From Kofleriaceae bacterium (lineage in GTDB: Bacteria; Myxococcota_A; Polyangia; Haliangiales; Haliangiaceae), in NCBI GenBank assembly GCA_046597055.1, contig JBKJLC010000105.1, positions 1-29,356 of the forward strand: a stretch of DNA of 29,356 nt. Reading direction: 5' to 3'. The number at the start of each line of letters is the position of its first letter. Positions within the stretch are counted from its first letter, which is position 1. The position numbers and the translations under genes are program-made. The notes under the pieces were generated by a model. That model searched no databases. It was not told where the DNA came from and worked only from the letters and a program-made list of their open reading frames with translations. This document shows positions 14,593-23,700 of this stretch, piece after piece.

Positions 14593-16145
14593 TCGAGCAC
14601 CGGGCTGGTCCGGAGGATCTCGCGCTGCCCGATCGAGAGGCTGGTCCCGCCGAACTCGCTGTAGTGCATCAGGTTGTCCGTGTAGGGCGGGCTGTCGGCG
14701 ATCGGATCCTCGCCCCCGTCGGGCTCCTTGTTGCGGAACAGGCCCAGGTGACGGGCGACCCCGTGCGCGGTCTGGCGCGCGAAGTGGCGCCAGTCGCGGT
14801 AGCAGAGCGAGTCGATCGCCAGCGCCACGCCCGAGCCGCGGGTCCCTGGCAGCGGCGCGCCGGGGGTTCCACCGGTGATGAGCTGGAGTCCGGCCGGCGC
14901 GATGGAGCGCACGAAGAAGATCGACACGCCCGAGCGCGCGGTCGACAGCTCGAACAGGCGGCCGGCGGTGTCGGCGTCGACCGAGTCGAGCTCGGGATGG
15001 CCGCTGACGTCCTGGTAGGTCACGGCGCCGATCGCGACGTTGGCGAGGTTGAAGATGAGGCGCAGCTCGGCGAGGAACTCGTCCTGGAAGCCGGCGAGCT
15101 GCTTGGCCGAGGTCGCGTCCAGGCTGGCCCCGATCGCGCCCTGGCAGGGATGCTCGGTGAGGTCGCCGAAGTGGAAGTGCAGGTCGAGCGTGGCGCCGGG
15201 GCCGAGCTTCTCGATCACGTACACGTGACGGCGCGTGCTCGGCAGCCCGACCCCGAGGCGGAACACCGCGAGCCGCAGGGTGTAGGCGCCCGGCTCGAGC
15301 CTGGTCTCGCTCGAGCTGGGCACCTTGATCACCGAGGCGCCGGGCAGGGGCTCGTGGCGGACGAGATTGTCGTAGTAGTCCGCGCGCGACTGGGGCAGCT
15401 CGTACAGGGTGCGGCCGCTGGGTGACTGCAGGCGGGTCGCGCCGATGAGCTGGCTCGGCTCCTCGACCGAGGTCACCACCACCATCGAGACCGCGTTGGC
15501 CGGGACCGGGATCTTCAGCTCGGGCTCGCGCACACGTGGGTCGAGCGGCAGCTCGAAGACGATCGAGCCGCTGTTGGGCAGGCACGCCTCGAAGTGACCG
15601 AGAAAGGCGGTGGCGTCGGCGGTGAGCCGCGGGATGCCCGCGCACGACCACCCACGCGCGCAGTCGTCGTCGATCGAGCACAGCTCGACGCAGCGGCCGA
15701 GCGCACAGGCCCCAGCCCGGCAGTCGCCGTCGAGGTCGCAGGCGTCGCCGGGGATCGCGGCCTGGGTCTGGGCCTGGCAGGTGCCCGGCGGGGTCGACAG
15801 CGCCGGCGCCAGCCGACAGGTCTGGCCGGGGCCACACTCGAGCTCGGACTCGCACGCGCCGCCGATCAGACTCTCGACCGGGGTGCAGGTGCCGTCGTCG
15901 CAGCGCCGCCCATCGCCACAGTCGACGTGGTGTCGGCAGCGCGGCACGCACTTGTGATCTACGCACTGCAGGTCGTCGTGGCAGTCGGCTACGATCGCGC
16001 AGTGCTCGCCGATCTCGCGACCGCCGGACGAACAGGCTGCCAGCGCCACGCTCGCCAGCAGCGCCGTGACCACGCGCACGCTCGCCGCCCGGACCGCGGG
16101 ATGCGGGGGCAGCTCGACGACGGCGGAGGGTGCGTGGACTGCCAC
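14589..16145 (-). CDS. Cys-rich lipoprotein with a degenerate metzincin (M43-like) peptidase domain
   Basis: Lipobox LAAC; several C..D.DC repeats; C-terminal QTAHGVARHLGLFR...DPIADSP...DNLM aligns to HExxHxxGLxH plus Met-turn. True start may be GTG 16079. Confidence 0.7.
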   Translation of the reverse strand: MAVHAPSAVVELPPHPAVRAASVRVVTALLASVALAACSSGGREIGEHCAIVADCHDDLQCVDHKCVPRCRHHVDCGDGRRCDDGTCTPVESLIGGACESELECGPGQTCRLAPALSTPPGTCQAQTQAAIPGDACDLDGDCRAGACALGRCVELCSIDDDCARGWSCAGIPRLTADATAFLGHFEACLPNSGSIVFELPLDPRVREPELKIPVPANAVSMVVVTSVEEPSQLIGATRLQSPSGRTLYELPQSRADYYDNLVRHEPLPGASVIKVPSSSETRLEPGAYTLRLAVFRLGVGLPSTRRHVYVIEKLGPGATLDLHFHFGDLTEHPCQGAIGASLDATSAKQLAGFQDEFLAELRLIFNLANVAIGAVTYQDVSGHPELDSVDADTAGRLFELSTARSGVSIFFVRSIAPAGLQLITGGTPGAPLPGTRGSGVALAIDSLCYRDWRHFARQTAHGVARHLGLFRNKEPDGGEDPIADSPPYTDNLMHYSEFGGTSLSIGQREILRTSPVLE

Positions 16146-16186
16146 GGTTTTACCGGGTGACGGGGTCGCGTTCGCCCAGAGATCTA

Positions 16187-16210
16187 TATAATCCCCGCCA
16201 GCCGGAGGAG
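16187..16210 (+). promoter_or_regulatory. -10 (TATAAT) and Shine-Dalgarno (GGAGGAG) of the beta-barrel gene
   Basis: Consensus TATAAT at 16187-16192 in very GC-rich DNA; GGAGGAG 3 nt before ATG 16214. Confidence 0.7.
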
Positions 16211-16213
16211 ACC

Positions 16214-16960
16214 ATGGTTTTTCGACTCACTTCGCGACGTTTGGTGACCCCCGCCGCGGCGGCGCTCGTGCTCGGCTGCGGCCTGGCCCAGGCCTCGGCC
16301 CAGGCCGCGCTCGACGATGACGACGACACCGAGGATGCGACCCCGACCTCCGCGGTCGAGGTCGCTGCCCCCCAGGCGACCCACATCGGGGTCGGGCTCC
16401 GGCTGCGCAACGTGCGCATTCCGGAGGGGCTCATCGAGGTGTTCGTCGGGGACGTCCCCGGCGGTGTCTCGAGCTTCGGCATCGGCGGCGAGCTGTCGCG
16501 CCGGCGCGGCGACTTCGAGGTCCAGTTCGGCCTCGAGTACGAGAAGCTGACCGTCACGCCCGGCCCCTGGGTCGAGAAGGGCAAACCAGTGATGGGCAGC
16601 AGCGTCGACGACGTCCGCGACGACGGCTTCGGCTGGATCACCGCCGAGCTGTCGTTCCTCTATCACACGCCGATCATCGACCAGGTGTCGGTGCGCTACG
16701 GCGGCGGCGCCGGCATCGGCATCCTGTTCGGCGACGTGCGTCGGACCGACCAGATCTGTCTCACCAACTCGCTCGATTCGTGCCGGGACGACGCGGGCGG
16801 CGAGAACCAGGACGAGCCGTACGACGTGCCGCCGGTGATGCTGGTGGTCAACGCGATCATCGGCGTGCAGATCCGTCCGACCGAGGAGATCTTCATCAAC
16901 ATCGAGGGCGGCCTGCGCACGCTGCCATTCTTTGGCGCGACCGCCGGCTACTACTTCTAG
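16214..16960 (+). CDS. Predicted small outer-membrane beta-barrel protein
   Basis: Signal peptide, acidic linker, amphipathic strands (VGLRLR, FGIGGEL, VQFGLEY, IIGVQIR, INIEGG) and a C-terminal aromatic beta-signal (AGYYF). Confidence 0.65.
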   Translation: MVFRLTSRRLVTPAAAALVLGCGLAQASAQAALDDDDDTEDATPTSAVEVAAPQATHIGVGLRLRNVRIPEGLIEVFVGDVPGGVSSFGIGGELSRRRGDFEVQFGLEYEKLTVTPGPWVEKGKPVMGSSVDDVRDDGFGWITAELSFLYHTPIIDQVSVRYGGGAGIGILFGDVRRTDQICLTNSLDSCRDDAGGENQDEPYDVPPVMLVVNAIIGVQIRPTEEIFINIEGGLRTLPFFGATAGYYF

Positions 16961-17088
16961 CGGAACGGGCTGCGGGCCCGGTCTGCTTCGTTGAGCGGTC
17001 CCCCCCACTTCGTCACGACCAGACGGTCGCTCCTCGTGGGGCCCCACCACTCGCCTCGCATCCCGGGCTCCTCGCCTCGTTCCGCAAG
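16957..17088 (-). repeat. Structured intergenic repeat, copy B (MITE/REPIN-like long hairpin)
   Basis: Terminal IR CTAGCGGAACG / CGTTCCGCAAG (10/11); its reverse complement shares GCGAGGAGCC, GGATGCGAGGCGA, GGTGGGGCCC, CTGGTCGTGACGAAGT and CAACGA with 6032-6196. Confidence 0.85.
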
Positions 17089-17118
17089 GCGACGGTCGAC
17101 GCAGACCAGGCCGTGCCG

Positions 17119-19023
17119 CTACCGGAGGCGGCGGATGTCGCCAACCCGGAGCGTCACCTTCACGGCATCGAAGTATTCGGCCAGCGGGATCGAGTACTTG
17201 CGCGAGGTCCCGGTCAGGTCCTTCCAGGCTTGCGGCGCGATCTCGCGGTGCGCAGCCAGGTAGGCGCGGAGCTTGGCCTCGAGCGCGGCGAGCACGCCAG
17301 CGTCGACGTAGAGGTCGGGCTTGATCTTGGCGAGCACGCGCGCGGCGAGCAGGTTGTCGAGCGCGGGCTTGACCTCGGCGTCGGGCCGTCCGACCGCGGC
17401 AGCGACCTCGCGCGGGCGCGGGGGCTCGAGCGCCCAGGCGTGAAACCGGGCGGCCAGGTCGGCCTCGACCGGCGACAGGGTCGCGCGGGGCGCGGTGGTC
17501 GGCCGGCGCAGGTGCTCGCCGTCCTGGATCAGCTCGCCGCGTCGGACCAGGTCGGCGGCGAGCGCGTCGAACGCGCGGGCGGGGAGCGCGGTCGACAGCT
17601 GCTGGCGGGCCTCCTCGCGCGGGAGCTCGCGCGGCGGCTGGGCACGGGCAGCGGTGTCGACCAGGCGGGTCAGCCCGCGCTCGAGCGCGGCGATCGCGTC
17701 AGCGTGCAGGTAGACCGCGCCGTCGCCGGTGCCGGCGCGGAGCAGCGCACCCTCGGCGATCAGCGCGTCGAGCATCGGGGCCACCTCGGCCGGCGGCAGG
17801 CCGACCCGGCGCCCGAGCTCGGCCGCGGTCGGCGCGGCGGCGTGGGCGGCCTTGACCTCGAGCGCGACCCGGTCGCGCGCGCGCGCGCTGGCGAACCGGG
17901 CGACCACCGCGGCGTGATCGGCGCGGGCCCGCGGTGCGTGGACGCGGACGACCTCGCCACCGCCGAGGGTGGTGCCGTGATCGGCCAGCGGCTGGAAGCC
18001 GCGCACGATGAAGCGATCGCCGGGCAGCGCGGCCAGCGGGGTCGCGCGGTCGACCCGGAGCTGCGCGAACGCCTCGGCGCCAGGGGCGAGCGACGAGGCG
18101 CCGACCAGCGCCAGGGTCGCCATCACCTGGGTCGCGCCGTGGTGGAGCAGGACCTTGCTCCGCGCCGGCAGCGGCCCGCGGGCGGCGGCGACGTGGCGAA
18201 ACCGGACGTCGAGCAGGTGGGCCGGCTCGAGGGCGTCGGGATGACCGAGCACGTCACCGCGCTCGAGCTCGTCGACCGCGACCCCGGCCAGGTTGACCGC
18301 GCAGCGCTGGCCGGCGCGGGCCGCCTCGACCGCGGCGCCGTGGACCTGGAGCGTGCGGACCCGGGTCGCCTGTCGCCGCGGCCACACCACCAGCTCGTCG
18401 CCGACCCGGATCCGCCCGCTCGCGATCGTGCCGGTGACCACGGTGCCGAAACCGCGCAGCGAGAACACGCGATCGATCGGCAGCCGCAGCACGCCGGTGT
18501 CCGGCCGCGGCGGCAGCCGGCTGACCGCCTCGGTGATCCGTGCGCGCAGCTCATCGAGGCCGGCCCCGGTCTTCGCTGACACCGCGACCCGCGGCGCGTT
18601 GGCGAGGAAGCTGCCCGCGAGGAAGCCGGCCAGCTCGGCGTCGACCATCGCCAGCCACTCGGCGTCGACCAGGTCGGACTTGGTCAGCACGACCAGGCCG
18701 TCGCGCACGCCGAGCAGGTGGCAGACGTCGAGGTGCTCGCGGGTCTGCGGCATCACGCCCTCGTCGGCGGCCACCACCAGCAGCACCAGGTCGAGCCCGG
18801 TGGCGCCGGCGACCATCGACTTGATGAACCGCTCGTGGCCGGGCACGTCGATCACCGCGAGCCGGTGGCCGCCGAGATCGACGTGGGCGAAGCCGAGCTC
18901 GGTGGTGATCCCGCGCTGCTTCTCGATCGCGAGCCGGTCGGTGTCGATGCCGGTGAGCGCGTGGACCAGCGCCGTCTTGCCGTGATCGATGTGGCCGGCG
19001 GTGCCGAGGACCAGCGCGTCCAT
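17119..19023 (-). CDS. selB: Selenocysteine-specific translation elongation factor
   Basis: From ATG 19023: [64 protein letters not shown]-terminal winged helix [21 protein letters not shown]. Confidence 0.96.
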   Translation of the reverse strand: MDALVLGTAGHIDHGKTALVHALTGIDTDRLAIEKQRGITTELGFAHVDLGGHRLAVIDVPGHERFIKSMVAGATGLDLVLLVVAADEGVMPQTREHLDVCHLLGVRDGLVVLTKSDLVDAEWLAMVDAELAGFLAGSFLANAPRVAVSAKTGAGLDELRARITEAVSRLPPRPDTGVLRLPIDRVFSLRGFGTVVTGTIASGRIRVGDELVVWPRRQATRVRTLQVHGAAVEAARAGQRCAVNLAGVAVDELERGDVLGHPDALEPAHLLDVRFRHVAAARGPLPARSKVLLHHGATQVMATLALVGASSLAPGAEAFAQLRVDRATPLAALPGDRFIVRGFQPLADHGTTLGGGEVVRVHAPRARADHAAVVARFASARARDRVALEVKAAHAAAPTAAELGRRVGLPPAEVAPMLDALIAEGALLRAGTGDGAVYLHADAIAALERGLTRLVDTAARAQPPRELPREEARQQLSTALPARAFDALAADLVRRGELIQDGEHLRRPTTAPRATLSPVEADLAARFHAWALEPPRPREVAAAVGRPDAEVKPALDNLLAARVLAKIKPDLYVDAGVLAALEAKLRAYLAAHREIAPQAWKDLTGTSRKYSIPLAEYFDAVKVTLRVGDIRRLR

Positions 19024-20702
19024 CAGCCCGCCGGCTCCGCGGCCGCGGCGTCGCGCAGCTCGCGCTTCAAGATCTTGCCGGTCGGATTGCGCGGCAGCTC
19101 GTCGAGGAACACGACCTCGCGCGGGCGCTTGTAGTCGGCGAGCGCGGCGCGGCACCAGTCGGTGACCTCGGTCGCGGTGACCGTCATGCCGGGCCGGACC
19201 ACCACGAACGCGCGCAGGCGCTCGCCCCACTCGGCGTCGGGCACGCCGACCACGGCGACGTCGAGGATCGCCGGGTGGGTGGCGAGGTGGTCCTCGATCT
19301 CGCGCGGATAGATGTTCACGCCGCCGGAGATCACCATGTCGTGCTTGCGCGACTCGAGGTAGTAGAAGCCGTCGGCGTCGACCCGGGCCAGGTCGCCGAC
19401 CGAGAAGTAGCCGTCCTTCATCGAGCGCGAGGTCGCCTCGGCGTTCTTGTGGTAGCCGCCGATCAGCATCTCGCTCTGCGCGTACAGCTCGCCGATGGTG
19501 CCGGGCAGCACGACCGCGCCGGTGTCGTCGAGCAGGCGGATCCGGTTGCCGCGGACCGCCCGACCCACCGTGCCGGGCCGGCTGACATGATCGACCGGGC
19601 GGGCCAGGGTGACGATGCCGGTCTCGGTCGCGCCGTAGAAGTTCCACAGGACCGGCCCGAACTGCTCCTGGAACCGGCGCGCGACCTCGGTTGGCAGCGG
19701 CGCCGCGCCGCTCATGACCCAGCGCAGCGACGACGTGTCGTAGCGACGACGGACCTCGGCCGGCAGCGCGGTGATGCGGACCAGCATGGTCGGCACCACC
19801 AGCGCGCAGGTGATGCGCTCCCGCGCGATCATCGCCAGCGCGGCCTCCGGCTCGAACTGGTTCATCAGCACGCAGGTCGCGCCCAGCGACATCATCACTG
19901 CGACGAACGCCGGCGCCGCGCTGTGATAGAGCGGGCATGTCACCAGGTGGCGGTCGTCGTGGCGCATGCCGACCTGCAGCATCATGTCGGCGACTGCCTC
20001 GAGCCCGGTCTGCCGGTAGTTGCGGGTGGCGCCCTTGGGCTTGCCGGTGGTGCCCGAGGTGTAGACGATCACGCCGCCGCCGTCGCCGCCGGTCGGGGGC
20101 GGCAGCTCGGGGGGCTGGCCCGCGGTCGCGTCCTCCCAGCGTTCGCCGACGGTGGGCGCGGTGGTGGCCCCGGCGACGATCACGCGCGCGCGGTCCCCGC
20201 ACCGGGCCTGGGCGTCGGCAAAGCTGTCGACGAACGCGGCGTCGACCACGGCGACCACCGGCTCGGCGTTGGTGAGGATGTACGCGATCTCGGCCGGCTT
20301 GCACCGGTAGCCGATCTGGACCGCGACGCCGCCGATCCGCGCCAGCGCCTGCTGCGCGATCAGGTACGCGACGCCGTTGGGCAGCATGCACGCGACCCGG
20401 GCGCCGGCGCCGCCGCGCGCGGCCAGCGCGTGCGCGAGCCGGTTGATCGCGTGGTCGAGCTCGCGCCAGGTCAGGCGACGATCGCCGTCGACGACGCACT
20501 CCTTGTCGGGGTTCATCCGGGCGTGGAGCATCACCGCGAGGTGCGGGCCGAGCTTCGACGCGCGGGCCGCGCGGAGGAAGGGCGCCAGGCCCCCCAGGCG
20601 CATCGCGCCGGCCACGCCGGTGCTGCGCAGCACCCGGACGACCAGCGCGACCCGGGAGGCGCGGGCCTGGACACGCGCGCGCAGATCAGCTGGGTTCAGC
20701 AC
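19023..20702 (-). CDS. AMP-dependent acyl-CoA synthetase (FadD-like)
   Basis: YTSGTTGKPKG, PLYH, SGAAPL, YGATE, GDLA, RKHDMVISGGVNIYPREIE and LPRNPTGKILK motifs. Confidence 0.93.
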   Translation of the reverse strand: MLNPADLRARVQARASRVALVVRVLRSTGVAGAMRLGGLAPFLRAARASKLGPHLAVMLHARMNPDKECVVDGDRRLTWRELDHAINRLAHALAARGGAGARVACMLPNGVAYLIAQQALARIGGVAVQIGYRCKPAEIAYILTNAEPVVAVVDAAFVDSFADAQARCGDRARVIVAGATTAPTVGERWEDATAGQPPELPPPTGGDGGGVIVYTSGTTGKPKGATRNYRQTGLEAVADMMLQVGMRHDDRHLVTCPLYHSAAPAFVAVMMSLGATCVLMNQFEPEAALAMIARERITCALVVPTMLVRITALPAEVRRRYDTSSLRWVMSGAAPLPTEVARRFQEQFGPVLWNFYGATETGIVTLARPVDHVSRPGTVGRAVRGNRIRLLDDTGAVVLPGTIGELYAQSEMLIGGYHKNAEATSRSMKDGYFSVGDLARVDADGFYYLESRKHDMVISGGVNIYPREIEDHLATHPAILDVAVVGVPDAEWGERLRAFVVVRPGMTVTATEVTDWCRAALADYKRPREVVFLDELPRNPTGKILKRELRDAAAAEPAG

Positions 20703-20729
20703 GGCCGCAGGATAGCGCGCGCGCCGTCG

Positions 20730-23700
20730 TCAGCGCCCGCGCAGGCCCATCAGCTCGCGGCGGACCTCGGAGGCCTGCACCTTGTCGGTCGGCCCGCGCT
20801 CGAGATACGCCTCCCACGCGCGCACCACCGCGCGATCGTTGCGGCGCGCCAGCTCGGCCGCGCCCAGCAGCCAGTACGCGTTGGTGAGCCACGGGACGTT
20901 CACGCCCTTGTCGCGCTCCTCCTTGAGCCCGAGCTGGGTCGCCATCGACAGCGCGGCCGCGGACGGGCCGGGTCGGTTGGCCTCGTAGTGGAGCGTGCCG
21001 AGCCGGTAGTACGCGTCGGCGCGCGGCTGGGCCGCGACCGCCCTGCTCAGCCACCGGGTGGCCTCCTCGCGATCCTCGAGCTCGTCGTAGGCGACGCCGA
21101 TGCCGTACGGGATCACCGGGTCGTTGGGCGCGATCTTCTGGGCCGCCTGGTACGCCGCCAGCGCCTTGGGATACTCGCGGCGGGCCAGGTGCAGGCGGGC
21201 CCGGCCGAGCACCGGGTTGAGCATGGTCGGAGCCTGCTCGCTGGCCTGGATGTACGCGAGCAGGGCATCGTCGCGCTGCACGGTGTCGCCCGACGTCGCC
21301 GACTCGGCCTCGCCAGCGCGGCCCAGCCCGTCGAGGTACTGCGGATCGGGGTCGCCATCGACCGCTTTCTTGAACAGCCGGCGGGCCTCGGCCGGGCGGC
21401 CGTCGGCGAGCAGGCTCTCGGCGCGCAGGAACAGGCCGGCGGCGCTCTCGGGATCGACCTCGAGGATCTTCTCGCCCTGGGCGCGGGCGGCGTCGAGGTC
21501 GCGGATGCGCGCGAAGAATCGTCCGGCGCGCACGCGCACGTCCATCGAGACGTCGCGGCCGTCGAGCAGGCGCTTGTACAGCGCCGAGGCATCGGCATCG
21601 CGCCCGGCCGCCTCGAAGCTGCGGGCGAGCTCGACGCCGAGGTCGATGCGGCTCGGGTCGAGCTCGAACGCCTTCACCAGGGTGGCGATCGCCTCGTCCT
21701 GCTTGCCCTGGCGGCGCAGCGCCTCGGCCAGCTGGAAGTGGGCCTCGACGTCGCGCGGCCGCCGGGCCAGCGCCTTGCGCAGCCAGGCCTCGCCCTGCAC
21801 CGGCGCGCCCGCGGACAGGTAGGCCACGCCCAGGGTGACCGCGACCGAGGGATCGGCGTCGGCCGCGCTGGCCAGCCGGCCCAGCTTCTCGTCGGCGCGC
21901 GCGCGCAGCGCCTTGGCCTTGTCCGGATCCTTGGTGGCCTCGGCCTGACTCGCCATCCGCCCGAGCAGGGTGGCCGCGGCGACCACCGGGGCCACCTCGC
22001 TCTCGCCGAGCGACTTGACCGCCTGGTCGTAGGCGCCGAGCGCCGGCTCGAACTGATCGGTGGCCTCGAGCCGCATGCCGTCGAGCAGGTGCAGGCGCCC
22101 GAGCTGCTCGCCAGCGAGCGGCGGCGTGCGATCGCGCAGCGTGGTCAGCCGGGCTGCGGCCTCGGGCAAGCGGTTGCGCCGGATGTCGAGCTCGGCGGCG
22201 ATCAGGTTGGCGCCCGGATCGGCGGGGGCCAGCCCGAGCGCGCTGTCGGACACCGTGGCCGCCGCGTCGAGCTTGTTGTCGCGCAGCTCGAGCGCGGCGC
22301 TCGACACCAGCGTCGCGACGTCGCTCGGGGCCAGCGCGAGCGCCTTGCGGTAGCGCTCGCGGGCGGCATCGAGGCGGCCGGCGCGCCGGGCGTCGTCGCC
22401 GGCGATCGTCCACGCCCGCGCGATCACCGCAGGGTTGGCCTTGGCGATGTCCTTGCGCTGCAAGATCGCCAGGACCGCGGCCTCGCGCTGCACGAAGTCC
22501 CCGGCCGGCATCGCCTCGGCCTCGCCGACCAGCGCGCCGACGTGGTCCTTGTCGAGCTCGATCAGCGCGAGGAAACTGGCGCGGGCCGCGGCGCGATCGC
22601 CCTTGCCGAGCTGCGCGCGCGCGAGCCCGTACAGCGCCGGCACCGGCCGCTTCGGGGTCTCCTTCTGGGCCCGCTCGAAGCTCGCGATCGCGGCGTCCCA
22701 CTGGCCCCCGGCGAGCTGAGCCCATCCGAGATACAGGATCGCGCCGAGGTCGCGCTTGGCCACCAGGGCCTCGAGCCGCTTGCTCGATGCGTCGGCGTCG
22801 CCGTCGACCAGGAGGTCGAGCGTGGCCGCCCGTTCGATCGCGGGGAACCGCGGCGCCGCCGAGCGGACCGGGTCGAGCACGCTGCGCGCCTCCTTCACCC
22901 GCCGCTCGCGGTCGAGGCCCTCGTCGAGGGACTGCGCCAGCAGCGCCTCGGCGACCAGCCCGGCCGCCTCGGCGTGCTTGGGATCCTTGGCGAGCACGCC
23001 GCGCGCCGCGGCGATTGCCCGCACCCAGTGCTGGCGATCGCCGGCGAGCATCGCGTCGCGCGACACCCGGAGGCCGCGCGCGATGTCGACCGTGCGCTGC
23101 TCGGCCGCCGCGTGGCGTCGGTACAGGTAGAAGCCCCCCGTGCCCACGCCGGCGAGCGCGACCGCGGCCGCGAGCAGGACCCGCATGAGCCGGGGCGACC
23201 GGCCCTTCTTCGGCGCCTTCTCGGGCTTGGCCGGGTCGGTGGTCGACACCGCGGGCCCGACCGGACGCGCCAGCGGCTTGGCCGGCGGGTCCCGGCGCGG
23301 CGGGCCGGCGAGGTCGAGCGCCGCGGGATCGGCGGTCGTCAGCGGGCGCGCGGTGTCGAGCGGCTCGTCGGTGGCGGGCTTGAACGAGACCACGCCGCCG
23401 CGGGCGCTCGACGGCGACAGGTCGAGGCCGGGCAGCGCGTCGTTGTCGCCGAGCTCGAGCGAGGGCGGGTCGCTGTGCTCGGCCTGACGGATCGAGGTCC
23501 GGGTAGTCGCGGCGTTCGACTCGAGCTCGATCGCCGGCGAGCCGATCGGCGAGGCCAGATCGAGCCCGTCGAGGTCGAGCGGGCCCGGCCGCGAGCCGGC
23601 GGGCTCGCTGTGCCGACTCACCGGCGGGGTCGCGACCGGGGGTGGGACCGAGGGCGGCGCCGGGCGCGTGACCACCGGCGGCGAGGACGGCGCCGGTGGC

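Noticed and set aside
19024..20499. Apparent 1126-aa SelB with a long N-terminal extension
   Set aside because: The extension is an off-frame read of the acyl-CoA synthetase; SelB motifs start at ATG 19023.
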